Positions 38,098-48,422 of a DNA stretch of 64,000 nucleotides are shown here, in pieces. A model generated the notes under the pieces. That model had not been told where the DNA came from. It saw only the letters and a list, made by a program, of their open reading frames with translations, and did not search any database. Origin of the DNA: an uncultured bacterium (GTDB taxonomy: Bacteria > Abyssobacteria > SURF-5); NCBI GenBank assembly GCA_964607485.1, contig CAZSKP010000018.1, positions 23,538 through 87,537 on the forward strand. Reading direction: 5' to 3'. Every line of letters starts with the position of its first letter. Positions within the stretch are counted from its first letter, which is position 1. The translations under genes and the position numbers were made by a program.

Positions 38098-38955
38098 ATG
38101 CAGATTTGCCTGAACCTGACAACGCTGCTTCGCGCGAGTCTCGAGGAGTCCGTCGGCGCCGCCGCGCAGGCGGGCTTCGGGGCGGTCGAGTTATGGGTCG
38201 ATGCCCTCGAGAGGTACCTCGATGCGCATACAAGCGACGACCTTCGCGCCCTGCTGGACGAACACCGCATGAGGGTTCTGAGCATCGGCGATATCGAGTC
38301 GGTGACCTTCTGCAATCCCGAACAGTTCGATGAGCTTCGCCGGCGCTGCGAGCGCCTGGCCTCGGTTGCGCGCGCGATATCGTGTCCGACGTTGGTTGCG
38401 AGCGCCTCGGTGAGGCCGCGGGGCGTGGACGCCTCCGAGATAGCCGCCGAGACCGCGTCGGTTCTCGGAAAGCTGCTCGACATAGTGGAGCCGGAAGGAG
38501 TGGGGCTCGCGTTTGCGTTTCGAGGCTTCGGATGGTGCGCGGTGAACTCGCTCGAGCAGGTCAGGGAAGCGGTGGAAGCCCATGCGGGAAGGCGCGTCGG
38601 GCTCGCGCTGGACACGTTTGACCTCCACACCACGGGCGTCCGACCGGGGACGCTTGAGGCTGTGGAGCCGTCGCAGATATTCGTCACGCGGTTGAGCGAT
38701 TGCAACGAAGCTCCGCCGCCGATACTCTCCGAGACCGACAGGGTGCTGCCCGGAGAGGGCGTCGCGGGCCTCAACGCTCTGTTGGACGCATTGTGGAAGA
38801 CCGGCTTCGCAGGACCGGTCTCCCTGAAGATTCTTAGCCCCAGGCTCTGGAGCCTCGGCGCCGCCGAGACGGCAAAGGTCGTCATGGCGACGGCGGCTCG
38901 ATATCTGCCCGCGACAATTTCGGAGGAGCCTGAGGGGAAAAGTGAATCCGTCTGA
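38098..38955 (+). CDS. Sugar phosphate isomerase/epimerase (AP endonuclease 2 TIM barrel) homologue with degenerate metal site
   Basis: AGFGAVELW, LALDTF, DRVLPGEG, GFAGPVS; start at ATG 38098. Confidence 0.85.
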   Translation: MQICLNLTTLLRASLEESVGAAAQAGFGAVELWVDALERYLDAHTSDDLRALLDEHRMRVLSIGDIESVTFCNPEQFDELRRRCERLASVARAISCPTLVASASVRPRGVDASEIAAETASVLGKLLDIVEPEGVGLAFAFRGFGWCAVNSLEQVREAVEAHAGRRVGLALDTFDLHTTGVRPGTLEAVEPSQIFVTRLSDCNEAPPPILSETDRVLPGEGVAGLNALLDALWKTGFAGPVSLKILSPRLWSLGAAETAKVVMATAARYLPATISEEPEGKSESV

Positions 38956-38974
38956 CACATTCACAGAGGGCAAG

Positions 38975-40021
38975 ATGGCGGACAAAGTCAGACTCACGAC
39001 GCTTACGAAGAGCGGCGGGTGAGCGTGTAAGGCCGGTCAGAGCGACCTGGCGCAGGTCCTGCGCTTGCTTCCACCCGTAGCCGATCCGAACATAATCGTC
39101 GCGGCAGATACCGCCGACGATGCGGCCGTGTACCGTCTGGACGACGAGACGGCCATCGTGCAGACGGCCGACTATTTCACGCCCATCGTGGACAATCCTT
39201 ACGACTTCGGGCAGATCGCGGCCGCGAACTCGCTGTCGGACATCTACGCGATGGGGGCGCGTCCGCTCTTCGCGCTGAGCCTCGCCGGGTTTCCCGTCAA
39301 GAAATTTCCACACTCGCTGCTCGCGGAAATCCTGAGGGGCGGGATGGACAAGGCGACCGAGGCGGGCATCAGCATAGCGGGCGGTCATACCGTCGAGGAC
39401 GACGAGCCCAAGTACGGCTTGGCCGTCACGGGCATCGTGGCGCCCGACCGCGTCGTCAGAAACTCGACCGCCAAGCCGGGCGACGCGCTCATACTCACCA
39501 AGCCGCTCGGCACGGGAATCATCACGACGGGGATCAAGGCCGAAATGGTCTCCGACGAAACCATCGAGAGAGTGACCCGGCTGATGGCCACGCTGAACAG
39601 GCGGGCCTCCGAGGTGATGGTGAAGGTCGGCGTGAGCGCGTGCACCGACGTGACCGGCTTCGGGCTCATGGGGCATCTTCAGGAGATGGTGGCCGCCAGC
39701 GGTGTGGCCGCGCGAATCCACGCGTCGGAAATTCCCGTCATGGATGAGGTCTGGGAGCTGATCAAGCGAGAATGCGTGCCCGGCGGCAGCGAAGCAAACA
39801 AGAAGTTCGCCGACGATTTTGCGAGATGGCACCAGGACGTGGAGGAGTCTGTGCGGCTGGCGCTGTGCGACGCGCAGACCTCCGGCGGCCTGCTCATCGC
39901 CACACCCCACGAGAAGACGGAGCAGATGCTCTTTACGCTGCACGAGGCCGGCGTCGATATGGCCGCCGTCATAGGCCAGATTATCGACGGCCCCGCCTGC
40001 TGCATCTTCGTCGAACCGTGA
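38975..40021 (+). CDS. selD: Selenide, water dikinase SelD, selenocysteine-containing
   Basis: ATG 38975 MADKVRLTTLTKSGG-TGA(39020)-ACKAGQ continues in frame into DDAAVY, DYFTP, GGHT, DAQTSGGLL. Confidence 0.96.
39031..39050 (+). promoter_or_regulatory. SECIS-like hairpin
   Basis: GCCGGTC-AGAGC-GACC(T)GGC stem with bulged U just downstream of the UGA; overlapping alternative GACCTG-GCG-CAGGTC. Confidence 0.6.
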
Positions 40022-40090
40022 ATCATTTGACACCGGTTGGTTCAGGTCTCATCGGTCTGTTGTCCAAATGAGAATCGACCACATTCTCTT

Positions 40091-40122
40091 GCAGGGGCAG
40101 GCACGGGGGCCTGCCCCTACAA
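40091..40122. repeat. REP-like palindrome (GTAG family)
   Basis: AGGGGCAGGC-ACGGGG-GCCTGCCCCTAC; near-identical copy at 52022-52052. Confidence 0.8.
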
Positions 40123-40187
40123 GTCCTGATTGGTTTCGGCAACAAGCCGTGAAGACCTGACCGCATTTCTTCGGGAGGAGAAAGAGA

Positions 40188-40526
40188 ATGAAGAGGCTCC
40201 AGAAGTTCATCGACCGTGCGGTCGATATGAACGCCATCAAAGACGAGGCGCTGCTGTCGTCGCTCGGCGTCGAGGCCCGCTACGTGCCGGAAGAACTTGA
40301 GGACTTCGACGAGATGGAATTCGGGCTGGGGCGCTCGGGCGACCGGACCGTCATATTCACGCTCGTGCTCGTGCAGAAGAAGTTACAGCGCGTGTCGCTC
40401 GGCTGGATTCCCGAGGGAGGCGAGGAGGACGACATGCGCGCGTTCTCCGAGGCCGAGCTGACCGAAGTCATGAACGAAAAGGGCGACACGCTCGCAAGCT
40501 TCTTCGAGAAGATTTTCAGCGGGTAA
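40188..40526 (+). CDS. Acidic hypothetical protein
   Basis: GGAGGAG RBS; 112-aa ORF with strong GC3 bias. Confidence 0.75.
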   Translation: MKRLQKFIDRAVDMNAIKDEALLSSLGVEARYVPEELEDFDEMEFGLGRSGDRTVIFTLVLVQKKLQRVSLGWIPEGGEEDDMRAFSEAELTEVMNEKGDTLASFFEKIFSG

Positions 40527-40532
40527 CCGACC

Positions 40533-41843
40533 TCAGGATTCGGCCGGTTCGAAGACAATATCGCCGTCGCTTTCGGGCGAGCGAGCACCTTCAATCCTTT
40601 TCCCGCCGTCATCATCCATATCCGGTCCGACGCTGTAGAGCAAGTAACCCGTGCCGGTCCTCCTGTAGATGAAACGCTTTTCGGAAAAGGGATCGGTCAG
40701 GATGTTTTCCGGGACAATCGGCACCAGCTCATCGAGCGTTTCTGGATACTCTCCGTTTTCCAAGAGATGCAGGCGCAGGGCTGTCTTGATGATATTGGCT
40801 CGCCGGTCGACATCGGCTGTGGTGAGAGCGAGAATGATCTTGCGAAGACTTTCAAATCTTATCTGCGTTACCTCATCCTTGGGGATTTTATCTTCGAGTC
40901 GGCTCCTGGAGAACTCCGGATAGGACTTTCTTGATTCTTCAAGGAAGATTTGGCTGAAGGTTTCGCTCGTTTTCTCCCATCTGAGCATGCAGAAGCGAAA
41001 GCTCAAATATCCACCCACCCTTCGTACCGTGTCCAGGAAGAGGTCGGGAATCGTGGGATTCTCAACAGGGAACTTGAAATAGAGAATCCCCCTGGCCCGG
41101 TCGCTATAGACCCTTTTTCTATTTGCGAACTCGCGTTCGAGCATATCATTCGGGGATGCTCGGCCCGCCTCGATTTCAATCAGCTTATCCAGGAGTTTCT
41201 TACACACGTCTTTATCGTTCAGGGCTATCAGATACGAGTCTGCGGCGTCGTACGCCATTCCCTCAATAGCCATTCCGACCAGAGCTTGTATGACCGTGCC
41301 GCTGTCGGATACATTGCGAGCGAAGAGAAGCATGTCCGCGTAGGTTTCTCCCGCCCTGTCATATTCTCCTTTATTTTCAAACAACTTCGCCTTAACTACG
41401 AACAGCCGACCAATATGCCGAAAGCCACCTAAATAGGTAATGTCTTCTTCCGCAGGACCTTCTTCCGGCATCAGACAGAATTCTTGCCGGTTGCCTTTTC
41501 TGACCATGTCCATGGCCACCTCATTCTTGCTAATGAAATCCTCAAGCTCAGGGTCGTCCTCCTGCCAGCCGTTTTCAACAACATTCATGAAGCGGGCCCA
41601 TAGCAAATCGTCGTCGGGCAGGGGCGCAAGCGACAGGCAGGCTTCGAGATAATATTTCGCCGCGTTGTTGTCCTCAAGTCCTGCGATAAGCTTCTTGATG
41701 ACTTCCTCGTCCGACTCTTTAGGCAAGCGGGCCGGGTTGAAGTACCACTGGAAGGCGATGGTGAACAGGGAGAGGAAGGCCACAATCGAGACGGTTACGA
41801 CGAGAATCCACTTGAGACGGGCGTTGTTTCTGACGCTAAACAA
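40533..41843 (-). CDS. Membrane-anchored helical protein with pseudopilin-G-like C-terminal motif
   Basis: N-terminal TM; YPETLDELVP, DPFS...F.Y, LYSVGPD..DDGG. Confidence 0.7.
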   Translation of the reverse strand: MFSVRNNARLKWILVVTVSIVAFLSLFTIAFQWYFNPARLPKESDEEVIKKLIAGLEDNNAAKYYLEACLSLAPLPDDDLLWARFMNVVENGWQEDDPELEDFISKNEVAMDMVRKGNRQEFCLMPEEGPAEEDITYLGGFRHIGRLFVVKAKLFENKGEYDRAGETYADMLLFARNVSDSGTVIQALVGMAIEGMAYDAADSYLIALNDKDVCKKLLDKLIEIEAGRASPNDMLEREFANRKRVYSDRARGILYFKFPVENPTIPDLFLDTVRRVGGYLSFRFCMLRWEKTSETFSQIFLEESRKSYPEFSRSRLEDKIPKDEVTQIRFESLRKIILALTTADVDRRANIIKTALRLHLLENGEYPETLDELVPIVPENILTDPFSEKRFIYRRTGTGYLLYSVGPDMDDDGGKRIEGARSPESDGDIVFEPAES

Positions 41844-41863
41844 TGTTCAATCCCCTTAAACTC

Positions 41864-41892
41864 ATTCTAGCGGTTGATGTGCTGCGTGTCAA
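41864..41892 (-). promoter_or_regulatory. sigma70-type promoter
   Basis: TTGACA-N17-TAGAAT about 20 bp before the start at 41843. Confidence 0.7.
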
Positions 41893-41898
41893 GAAGGG

Positions 41899-42064
41899 AT
41901 TGTACTATTATCTATGAAAATGGCGAATTTTTGTTGCGATTATGATGCGTCCTGTTGTAGGGGCGGTTCGCGAACCGCCCCTACGGAAATTTCACGGAGC
42001 GATGGGGACAGTCACCGTAATATTCGCGAGAGCGATGGGGACAGTCCCCGTCGCAATCGTGGGA
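41899..42064 (-). repeat. Composite palindromic repeat element, copy A
   Basis: GGGACWGTCCC palindromes + GTAGGG...CCCTAC hairpin + conserved tail shared with 58040-58217 and 63003-63128. Confidence 0.85.
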
Positions 42065-42092
42065 CAAATTCACTGTGCCGGATTCCGGCATC

Positions 42093-44483
42093 TCAGGCGG
42101 CTCTGTCGCCGTCTTTGGAGGGGCGGATGAATCGAAGGAGCCGGCTTGCGGGTTTCTGGCCGACGGTATCCGCAAATTTGGGCTTGAACAGCGCGAAGCA
42201 GGCGGGCAGTACCGTGACCGCGCCGAGGAAGCAGGCGACCATGTTCACCGACACGAGCGCGCTCAGCCAGCGGCTGGGAGGAAAGTTCGAGATCATCAGC
42301 ACCAGAAAACCGGCCGTGATGACGACCGCGTTGAAAAGGATGGCGCGCCCCGATGTCACGAGCGTCGTCTGTATCCTCTTCGTCCGGTCGGGTCTCTTCT
42401 CGGCCAGCAGGCGGTACCTGGCGACGAAGTGTATCGCATAATCCACCCCTATGCCGATGCCCATTCCCGAGAGGAGGGCCGTCGTCACGCCGAGCGGGAT
42501 CCCCGTTGCGCCCATCAGGCTGAAATTAAGCATCGTAGCGATTCCGACGGGTATGATGCAGAACAGTCCCGCCGTGGCGCTGCCGAACATGAGCGAGGTG
42601 ATGATGAACACCATCACTATTGCGGTCAGGATGCTCAGTATCTGGCCCCGCACGATGAGGTTCATGAACGTGAACGACGACATCACGTGTCCGGCCAGAT
42701 GCACCTTTGCCGGCAACCCCGCAAACAGCTTGTCGGCCGAGGAGCGCACCCCGCGAATCACCCTGTCGAGCACCCGTGAGTGGTCGGAGTTAACGCGTAT
42801 CCGCACGTTCGCCTGTCTGTAGTCGTAATCGACGACATCATCGAAATCGTCAGGGTCGCCCGAAAGCGAATACAGGAGCAGGTACTGTGCGACCAGGTCC
42901 TGCGAATCGGGAATCCGCAGGTACTCTTTCCGATTTTCGTTCATCACGCGATTCATCCGCTTGATGTAGTCGGCGATGGAAAGTGTCGCGCCGACTTCGT
43001 CCATCTTCTTGACTTCGTCCTGCAGGCTTTCAATCGCGCGGAGAATTTTCGGCGACTTCATGTCGTCCTGATTCTCGCCCTCGACGACGATGTTGAGCGT
43101 GTTGGTGCCGCCGAATTTTTCGTTGAGGATCGTGTCGGCCACGAGCACCTCGCTGCCCGGCCGGAAATTCGACAGCAGGCTGCCATCGACGTACACTCGC
43201 AGCAGCCCGACGATGCCGATGGCTATCACGACTCCCGTCACCGCGAGGACGGCGGCAGGGTGTTCGGCTGTGAGCCGCCCCGTCCACAGAAGGCCTTGAG
43301 ACAGCCGGCCGCTTCGCTCGCCCGCCTCCCGCTCCTTCGGGTTGTAGCGCATACCTTTCGGGTATCTGACGGGCAGGAGCACGAGCCATGCGGGGATGAA
43401 AGTGAGCGAGAACACCAGCGCGCTCGTCACACCGATGGCGGTGAAAATTCCGAGATATTTCACGGGCATCATGTCGGAGGTGGCCAGCGACAGGAAGCCG
43501 GCAGCCGTCGTCAGCGACGCCATGGTCACCGGGGCCCACATCTCGTGCATGGTGGTGAGCACGATCTCCCTGCGGTCGCCCAGAGGGGAGGATGCGGCCT
43601 CCTCGTGGTACCGATTGATTATGTGAATGCCGTACGCGAGGCCGATCGCCATCAACAAAACCGGCACGACCGTCGTCACGGCGTACATTGGAATGTTCGC
43701 AAGCGCCATGACACCCATGGTCCAGACAACGCTCGCGACGACGACCGCCAGCGGCAGAAACACTCCCCGTGCGGAGCGCAGCGTGAGATAGAGCACGATG
43801 AGTGATACCAGCGTCACAAGCGGCAACGTCCTGCGCATGTCTTCGGCGGCGTATCTCCCGATCGTTCCCTCCATGACCGGCCTGCCCGCGATGATGACGC
43901 GGTTGTCGCCGAGGTCGAAGTCCTCCAGAACCATCCGCTTTATGCGGTCGTACATCTCGACCTTGTCCTGTCCCTCCTCCAGCTTGGCGAATATCGAGGT
44001 GGCGGTGCCGTCGGGAGAGACGACGTTGTTGACGAAGATCTCATTGTCAAGCACGGCCCGGCGCAGTTCCTCGGCGGCCTCGAGCGTTTCCGGGGCGGTT
44101 TCCATGAGTGGGACGACCTCGAGACCTCCCTCGGAGCCGACAATGTTGTCAAGAGTCTGGAGGCTGATGAGGTCGTCGCCGATGATGCCGTCCATCTGTT
44201 CTATCTTCAGGCTCATCTTCTCCACGAGCTTGAGCGTGTCCGGGTTGAAGATGCCGTGCGGGCCTTCGTTGACAATGCCCACGATTATCCGCTTCTTCGC
44301 GTTGAACAGCTCTTCCACATGTTTGTTGTAGATGAAGACCGGATGGTGCTCGGGCATCATCGTTTCGACATCGGTTTCGAGCCGGAGCGTGCGGATGGGT
44401 AAAGCGATTAAGAGGGTGGCCGCTACCACTGCGAGTATTGTCGTTTTTGGAAAGCGGGCGATGATTCTGTAGAGGCGGTCCAT
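42093..44483 (-). CDS. MMPL/RND family transporter
   Basis: Two TM blocks with large loops; AIGLAYGIH, GIGVDYAIH, SLTTAAGF; start trimmed to MDRLY. Confidence 0.93.
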   Translation of the reverse strand: MDRLYRIIARFPKTTILAVVAATLLIALPIRTLRLETDVETMMPEHHPVFIYNKHVEELFNAKKRIIVGIVNEGPHGIFNPDTLKLVEKMSLKIEQMDGIIGDDLISLQTLDNIVGSEGGLEVVPLMETAPETLEAAEELRRAVLDNEIFVNNVVSPDGTATSIFAKLEEGQDKVEMYDRIKRMVLEDFDLGDNRVIIAGRPVMEGTIGRYAAEDMRRTLPLVTLVSLIVLYLTLRSARGVFLPLAVVVASVVWTMGVMALANIPMYAVTTVVPVLLMAIGLAYGIHIINRYHEEAASSPLGDRREIVLTTMHEMWAPVTMASLTTAAGFLSLATSDMMPVKYLGIFTAIGVTSALVFSLTFIPAWLVLLPVRYPKGMRYNPKEREAGERSGRLSQGLLWTGRLTAEHPAAVLAVTGVVIAIGIVGLLRVYVDGSLLSNFRPGSEVLVADTILNEKFGGTNTLNIVVEGENQDDMKSPKILRAIESLQDEVKKMDEVGATLSIADYIKRMNRVMNENRKEYLRIPDSQDLVAQYLLLYSLSGDPDDFDDVVDYDYRQANVRIRVNSDHSRVLDRVIRGVRSSADKLFAGLPAKVHLAGHVMSSFTFMNLIVRGQILSILTAIVMVFIITSLMFGSATAGLFCIIPVGIATMLNFSLMGATGIPLGVTTALLSGMGIGIGVDYAIHFVARYRLLAEKRPDRTKRIQTTLVTSGRAILFNAVVITAGFLVLMISNFPPSRWLSALVSVNMVACFLGAVTVLPACFALFKPKFADTVGQKPASRLLRFIRPSKDGDRAA

Positions 44484-44548
44484 AGGGTTTTCAGGACTCG
44501 ACAGTGTGTTGCCCAAAGGAGATTTCTCTCGATAACATTTTCGCACGT

Positions 44549-44640
44549 GTCATTCTGAGGACCCTGGCGACGAAGAATCTCTCCTTTTCGCGCAACCTTA
44601 CGCCTGTCATCAGGAGATTCTTCGCTTCGCTCAGAATGAC
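44549..44640. repeat. GTCATTCTGAG...CTCAGAATGAC palindromic intergenic element
   Basis: Terminal inverted repeat with inner GAAGAATCTC/GAGATTCTTC; relative at 59568-59689. Confidence 0.8.
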
Positions 44641-44767
44641 GAATAGGCGATTGCTTCTAGGCAACAGCGCTTCGACAGCCTGATCTTTCCTCTTGAGGCT
44701 GGGAGAAGCAAGTCGAGAGAGTTGGGGCGTATGCTTCAAAAAGGGGTGCCTACATAATCCCGCTTCC

Positions 44768-44796
44768 ATTATAATAGCCGGGTGAGAACATGTCAA
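44768..44796 (-). promoter_or_regulatory. Consensus sigma70 promoter for MMPL gene
   Basis: TTGACA-N17-TATAAT. Confidence 0.8.
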
Positions 44797-44960
44797 TTAT
44801 TTTTGGGCCCGTTATACGTCAATCATGCGGTGCTTGGTTTTTGTCAAGAGAATCATGTATAATTCTGACAGAAGAATGCCTGCTTCGATACCGATCCGAT
44901 ACCCGCGGCAAACGGACTGTATCTTATTCCTGAATATCGTGCACGAGTATCCCGAGAGGT

Positions 44961-45431
44961 TTGATGATGCGCCTGAGTAACGAGCATTTCGCTGAAGTCG
45001 AGATCCTGTCTTTTGAATCGCATTGTAAGCTCGATGGAATGTCTTATGAACAAACGGTCAATGTGAAGACGAGCGCCGGATCGGTCATCAGGCTGTTTGA
45101 CTTCATGGGATTCGCCGTTAACGAGTCGCGGCTGGGCAAGAACAAGAAGGTGGTCCTGTGCGTTCCTTATATCGACGGCGAGGTGGCCGTGCTCGAATCC
45201 GGAAAGCCGCAGCTCCTGGACAGCGATTTCGACAGCGAGAGTACTGTCCCTTCCAGGGTAACGTTGATTGCAAAAGTCCTGGAGACCAGCAGCGAGGACC
45301 ACGACCTCCTCGTCGATGCCGGTTTCGGTAAAATCTATGTCATCCCGAACGGGGATGTGTCTGAGTTCAGCGCAGGCGACATCATAAAATTCAAGGCACG
45401 CAGGCTTGACCTGCTCGAGATACTGGAGTAA
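44961..45431 (+). CDS. Hypothetical protein (beta-rich)
   Basis: GAGAGG RBS; 156-aa ORF. Confidence 0.65.
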   Translation: MMMRLSNEHFAEVEILSFESHCKLDGMSYEQTVNVKTSAGSVIRLFDFMGFAVNESRLGKNKKVVLCVPYIDGEVAVLESGKPQLLDSDFDSESTVPSRVTLIAKVLETSSEDHDLLVDAGFGKIYVIPNGDVSEFSAGDIIKFKARRLDLLEILE

Positions 45432-45503
45432 CAGGCACGACCAGGCCTTTTCCCGGCTGCCTAACGATTTGCCGGCCGCGCTTCCTTCACCCGGATACCA
45501 CTA

Positions 45504-47306
45504 ATGACGCGCTCTGATCTTTTCGCCTTCCTGAAATCATCCAAGTTCGCTCAGGTAGCCGCAATCTTTCTGCTGGCGTTCGCAATCCGGATGGTGTACC
45601 TCTATGAGATACACGACAACCCGTTCTTTCGGCATCTGACCCTGGATGAGACCGCATACGACCAATGGGCTCAGCGCATAGCAGGAGGCGAGTGGCTGGG
45701 CAAGGATATCTTCTATCAGGATCCCCTCTACCCCTATTTCCTGGGGGTGGTTTACTCCGTTATCGGGCGCGACTTCCTGTGGGTGCGTGTGCTCCAGCTC
45801 TTCATCGGCTCCGTGACGTGCGTGCTCATATATTTCATGGGAAGCCTGATCTTCGACCGAAGTACCGGACTGGTTGCCGGGGTGATTGCCGCCATCTACA
45901 AGCCGTTTTTCTATTTTGAGGCGATGTTCCTGAAAACCTTCATGGGCGTTTTCCTGATATGCCTGTTCGTTGTGCTGCTCCTTGTGACCCGGCCCCGGCG
46001 GTCCTTCCTCTTATGGGTCGCTTCGGGATTCGTTCTCGGTTTGCTGGCGCTCGTAAGGGCGAACACGCTGGCGCTTGCCGGAGGGGTAGTCGTATGGCTT
46101 TTCGCGACCGGCAGCGAAGCCGAGAGAGCGAAGCATAAGCTCATCGCCGCCGCCGGCTTCATGGTGGGACTGGCGGTGGTCGTTTCCTGCGTTTTCGCCA
46201 GAAACTATATTGTAGGGAAAGATTTCGTGATTCTGACATCGCAGGGCGGCCAGAATTTTCTCATAGGAAACAACCCGTGGAGCCTGAGCGGAAGGTATGA
46301 GCCCCCCATATTTATCAGGCCCAATCCCAGATACGAGCAGCAAGATTTCCTCGTTCGAGCCGAGATTCTCACAGGACGAAAACTGAAGCCCTCGGAGGCG
46401 TCCGAATACTGGTTCGGCGAGGCGTTCGACTTCATACGGCATCAGCCGCGAAGATGGCTGAGGCTCATGTGGATGAAGTTCTGGCGATTCTGGAACTGGT
46501 ACGAGATACCCGATAACCAGAATTTCTATTTCTTCAGCCGTTACTCCCGCCTGCTGAGATGGCCGCTGCCCAATTTCCGCATCGTGGCCGCGCTGGGCCT
46601 GAGCGGCATGCTGCTGTGCCTGCCCCAATGGAGAAAGGCGCTGCTGCTTTACCTCGTGATCATCCTCTACTCGGCCACAGTGATAGCATTCTACGTGTTC
46701 GGACGATACAGGCTTCCAGTGGTCCCGCCGCTGATGGTGTTCGCCGCCTATGTGCTGTCCACGATGCCGGCGATGATAACGCAGAAGAAATACCTGCGAC
46801 TGGCGGCGGCGGGTTTGGCGGCGCTCGTCTTCTTCAAACTGCTCGGAACGCACGTCAGCCCCAACGACTACTACGGCGACGATTCCAACGCCTACTGCCG
46901 ACTGGCGAGTGTGTATCAGGTCGAGGGAAAGCTGGACGACGCCCTTTCCGCGTACAAGCGGGCGACTGAAATCATGCCCTACTACTGGGCTTCATATTTC
47001 GGTCTGGGAGAAGTGTACGAAGGCAAGGGCGAGCCGGACGCAGCGCTCGAGAACTACAAGCTGGCCAGGATCTACAATCCGGGCAACGCCGACATCTGCG
47101 CCCGGATGGGAAGAATATATTACCGGAAGGGACAACTCGAACTCAGCGCGGAGATGTACCGGGCGGCGACAGAGCTGCAGCCCGATTGGACCGTCCCCCA
47201 CGTGTGGCTGGCAAACATCTATCAGCTCCAGGGAAAGCCCGAGCAGGCCGAGGCGCATCTCAGGAAGCTCGCAGAATTGAAGATGCAGGAGATGCCGGAG
47301 GAGTAG
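45504..47306 (+). CDS. GT-C (PMT/ArnT-like) membrane glycosyltransferase with TPRs
   Basis: DE..YD.WA, PLYPYFL, NFLIGNN, RYRLP; C-terminal TPRs. Confidence 0.88.
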   Translation: MTRSDLFAFLKSSKFAQVAAIFLLAFAIRMVYLYEIHDNPFFRHLTLDETAYDQWAQRIAGGEWLGKDIFYQDPLYPYFLGVVYSVIGRDFLWVRVLQLFIGSVTCVLIYFMGSLIFDRSTGLVAGVIAAIYKPFFYFEAMFLKTFMGVFLICLFVVLLLVTRPRRSFLLWVASGFVLGLLALVRANTLALAGGVVVWLFATGSEAERAKHKLIAAAGFMVGLAVVVSCVFARNYIVGKDFVILTSQGGQNFLIGNNPWSLSGRYEPPIFIRPNPRYEQQDFLVRAEILTGRKLKPSEASEYWFGEAFDFIRHQPRRWLRLMWMKFWRFWNWYEIPDNQNFYFFSRYSRLLRWPLPNFRIVAALGLSGMLLCLPQWRKALLLYLVIILYSATVIAFYVFGRYRLPVVPPLMVFAAYVLSTMPAMITQKKYLRLAAAGLAALVFFKLLGTHVSPNDYYGDDSNAYCRLASVYQVEGKLDDALSAYKRATEIMPYYWASYFGLGEVYEGKGEPDAALENYKLARIYNPGNADICARMGRIYYRKGQLELSAEMYRAATELQPDWTVPHVWLANIYQLQGKPEQAEAHLRKLAELKMQEMPEE

Positions 47307-47315
47307 CCCGCCGCG

Positions 47316-48416
47316 TCAGCCAGCAGTCGCCTCTATCCGCACCTCTATGGCTTCGCCCATCTCCCGTGTTCCCGCTGAAGGCGAGGGGTCATCGTCGGCC
47401 TTCAGGTCGGCCGTCACGTGCTTCCCTTCGCTGAGTACTTCTGCTACCGCGCGTTCCAACCGCCTGGCGGCGCCCGCTTCGCCGACGTGCTCGAGCATCA
47501 GGACGGTGGAGAGCAGAATTCCCGCCGGGTTGGCCTTGTTTTGTCCGGCTATGTCGGGAGCGCTGCCGTGCGTTGCCTCGAACACTGCGAACTTGTCGCC
47601 CATGTTGACGCCGGGCGCGACTCCCAGCCCCCCAATGAGCCCCGCCGCAAGGTCGGAGATGATGTCGCCGTAAAGGTTAGGGAGCACGAGCACGTCGTAT
47701 TTTTCCGGAAACTGCACGAGCTGCATGCACATGTTATCGACGAGCTTGTGTTCATACGAGATGTCCGGATACCGCTTGCTCACGTCGGAGGCGACCTTCA
47801 TGAACAGGCCGTCGGTGTATTTCATTATGTTGGCCTTGTCTATCGCGGTCACCTTTTTTCTGCCATGCTTTCGCGCGTACTCGAACGCGAACGTCACAAT
47901 CCGCTCCGAGCCCTTGACCGAGATCGGCTTGATGCTGATGCCCGTATCGCACCCCAGTTCGACTCCCTTGTGCTCTCTGAGAAACCGGAGGATGGGGTTG
48001 TCCTCGCCGCAGCTTTCCATGAACTCGATGCCCGCATAGAGGTCCTCGGTGTTCTCGCGCACCACGACGATGTCGATCGACTGCGGGCTGGAGATGCGGC
48101 TGCGAATGCCCGAGAAGTACTTGCACGGCCGCACACAGGCATACAGGTCGAGTTTCTGGCGAAGCTCCACGTTGACGCTCCTGAAGCCTTTGCCGACGGG
48201 AGTCTCGACGGGTCCTTTGAGCGCGACGCCGTTTCGCCTTATCGAATCTATCACCCTGTCGGGAAGCGGCTTTCCTTCTTTCCCAACGACCGAGGCGCCC
48301 GCCTGCTGGACATCCCACTCGACGGCCACGCCCAGCGCCGACACGCATTGCTTGGCCACCTCGGTGATTTCGGGCCCGACGCCGTCGCCGGGTATGAGGG
48401 TAATCGTGCGGGCCAT
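47316..48416 (-). CDS. icd: Isocitrate/isopropylmalate dehydrogenase family, probably isocitrate dehydrogenase
   Basis: IPGDGVGPE, RSVNVELRQ, RENTEDLY, KANIMK, NLYGDIISD, EATHGSAP. Confidence 0.88.
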   Translation of the reverse strand: MARTITLIPGDGVGPEITEVAKQCVSALGVAVEWDVQQAGASVVGKEGKPLPDRVIDSIRRNGVALKGPVETPVGKGFRSVNVELRQKLDLYACVRPCKYFSGIRSRISSPQSIDIVVVRENTEDLYAGIEFMESCGEDNPILRFLREHKGVELGCDTGISIKPISVKGSERIVTFAFEYARKHGRKKVTAIDKANIMKYTDGLFMKVASDVSKRYPDISYEHKLVDNMCMQLVQFPEKYDVLVLPNLYGDIISDLAAGLIGGLGVAPGVNMGDKFAVFEATHGSAPDIAGQNKANPAGILLSTVLMLEHVGEAGAARRLERAVAEVLSEGKHVTADLKADDDPSPSAGTREMGEAIEVRIEATAG

Positions 48417-48422
48417 AACACC

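Noticed and set aside
41914-42175. ORFs starting MKMANFCC and similar; also N-terminal extensions of the 60839-63049, 58476-59615 and 42093-44546 ORFs
   Set aside because: Translations of repeat or intergenic DNA; starts were trimmed accordingly
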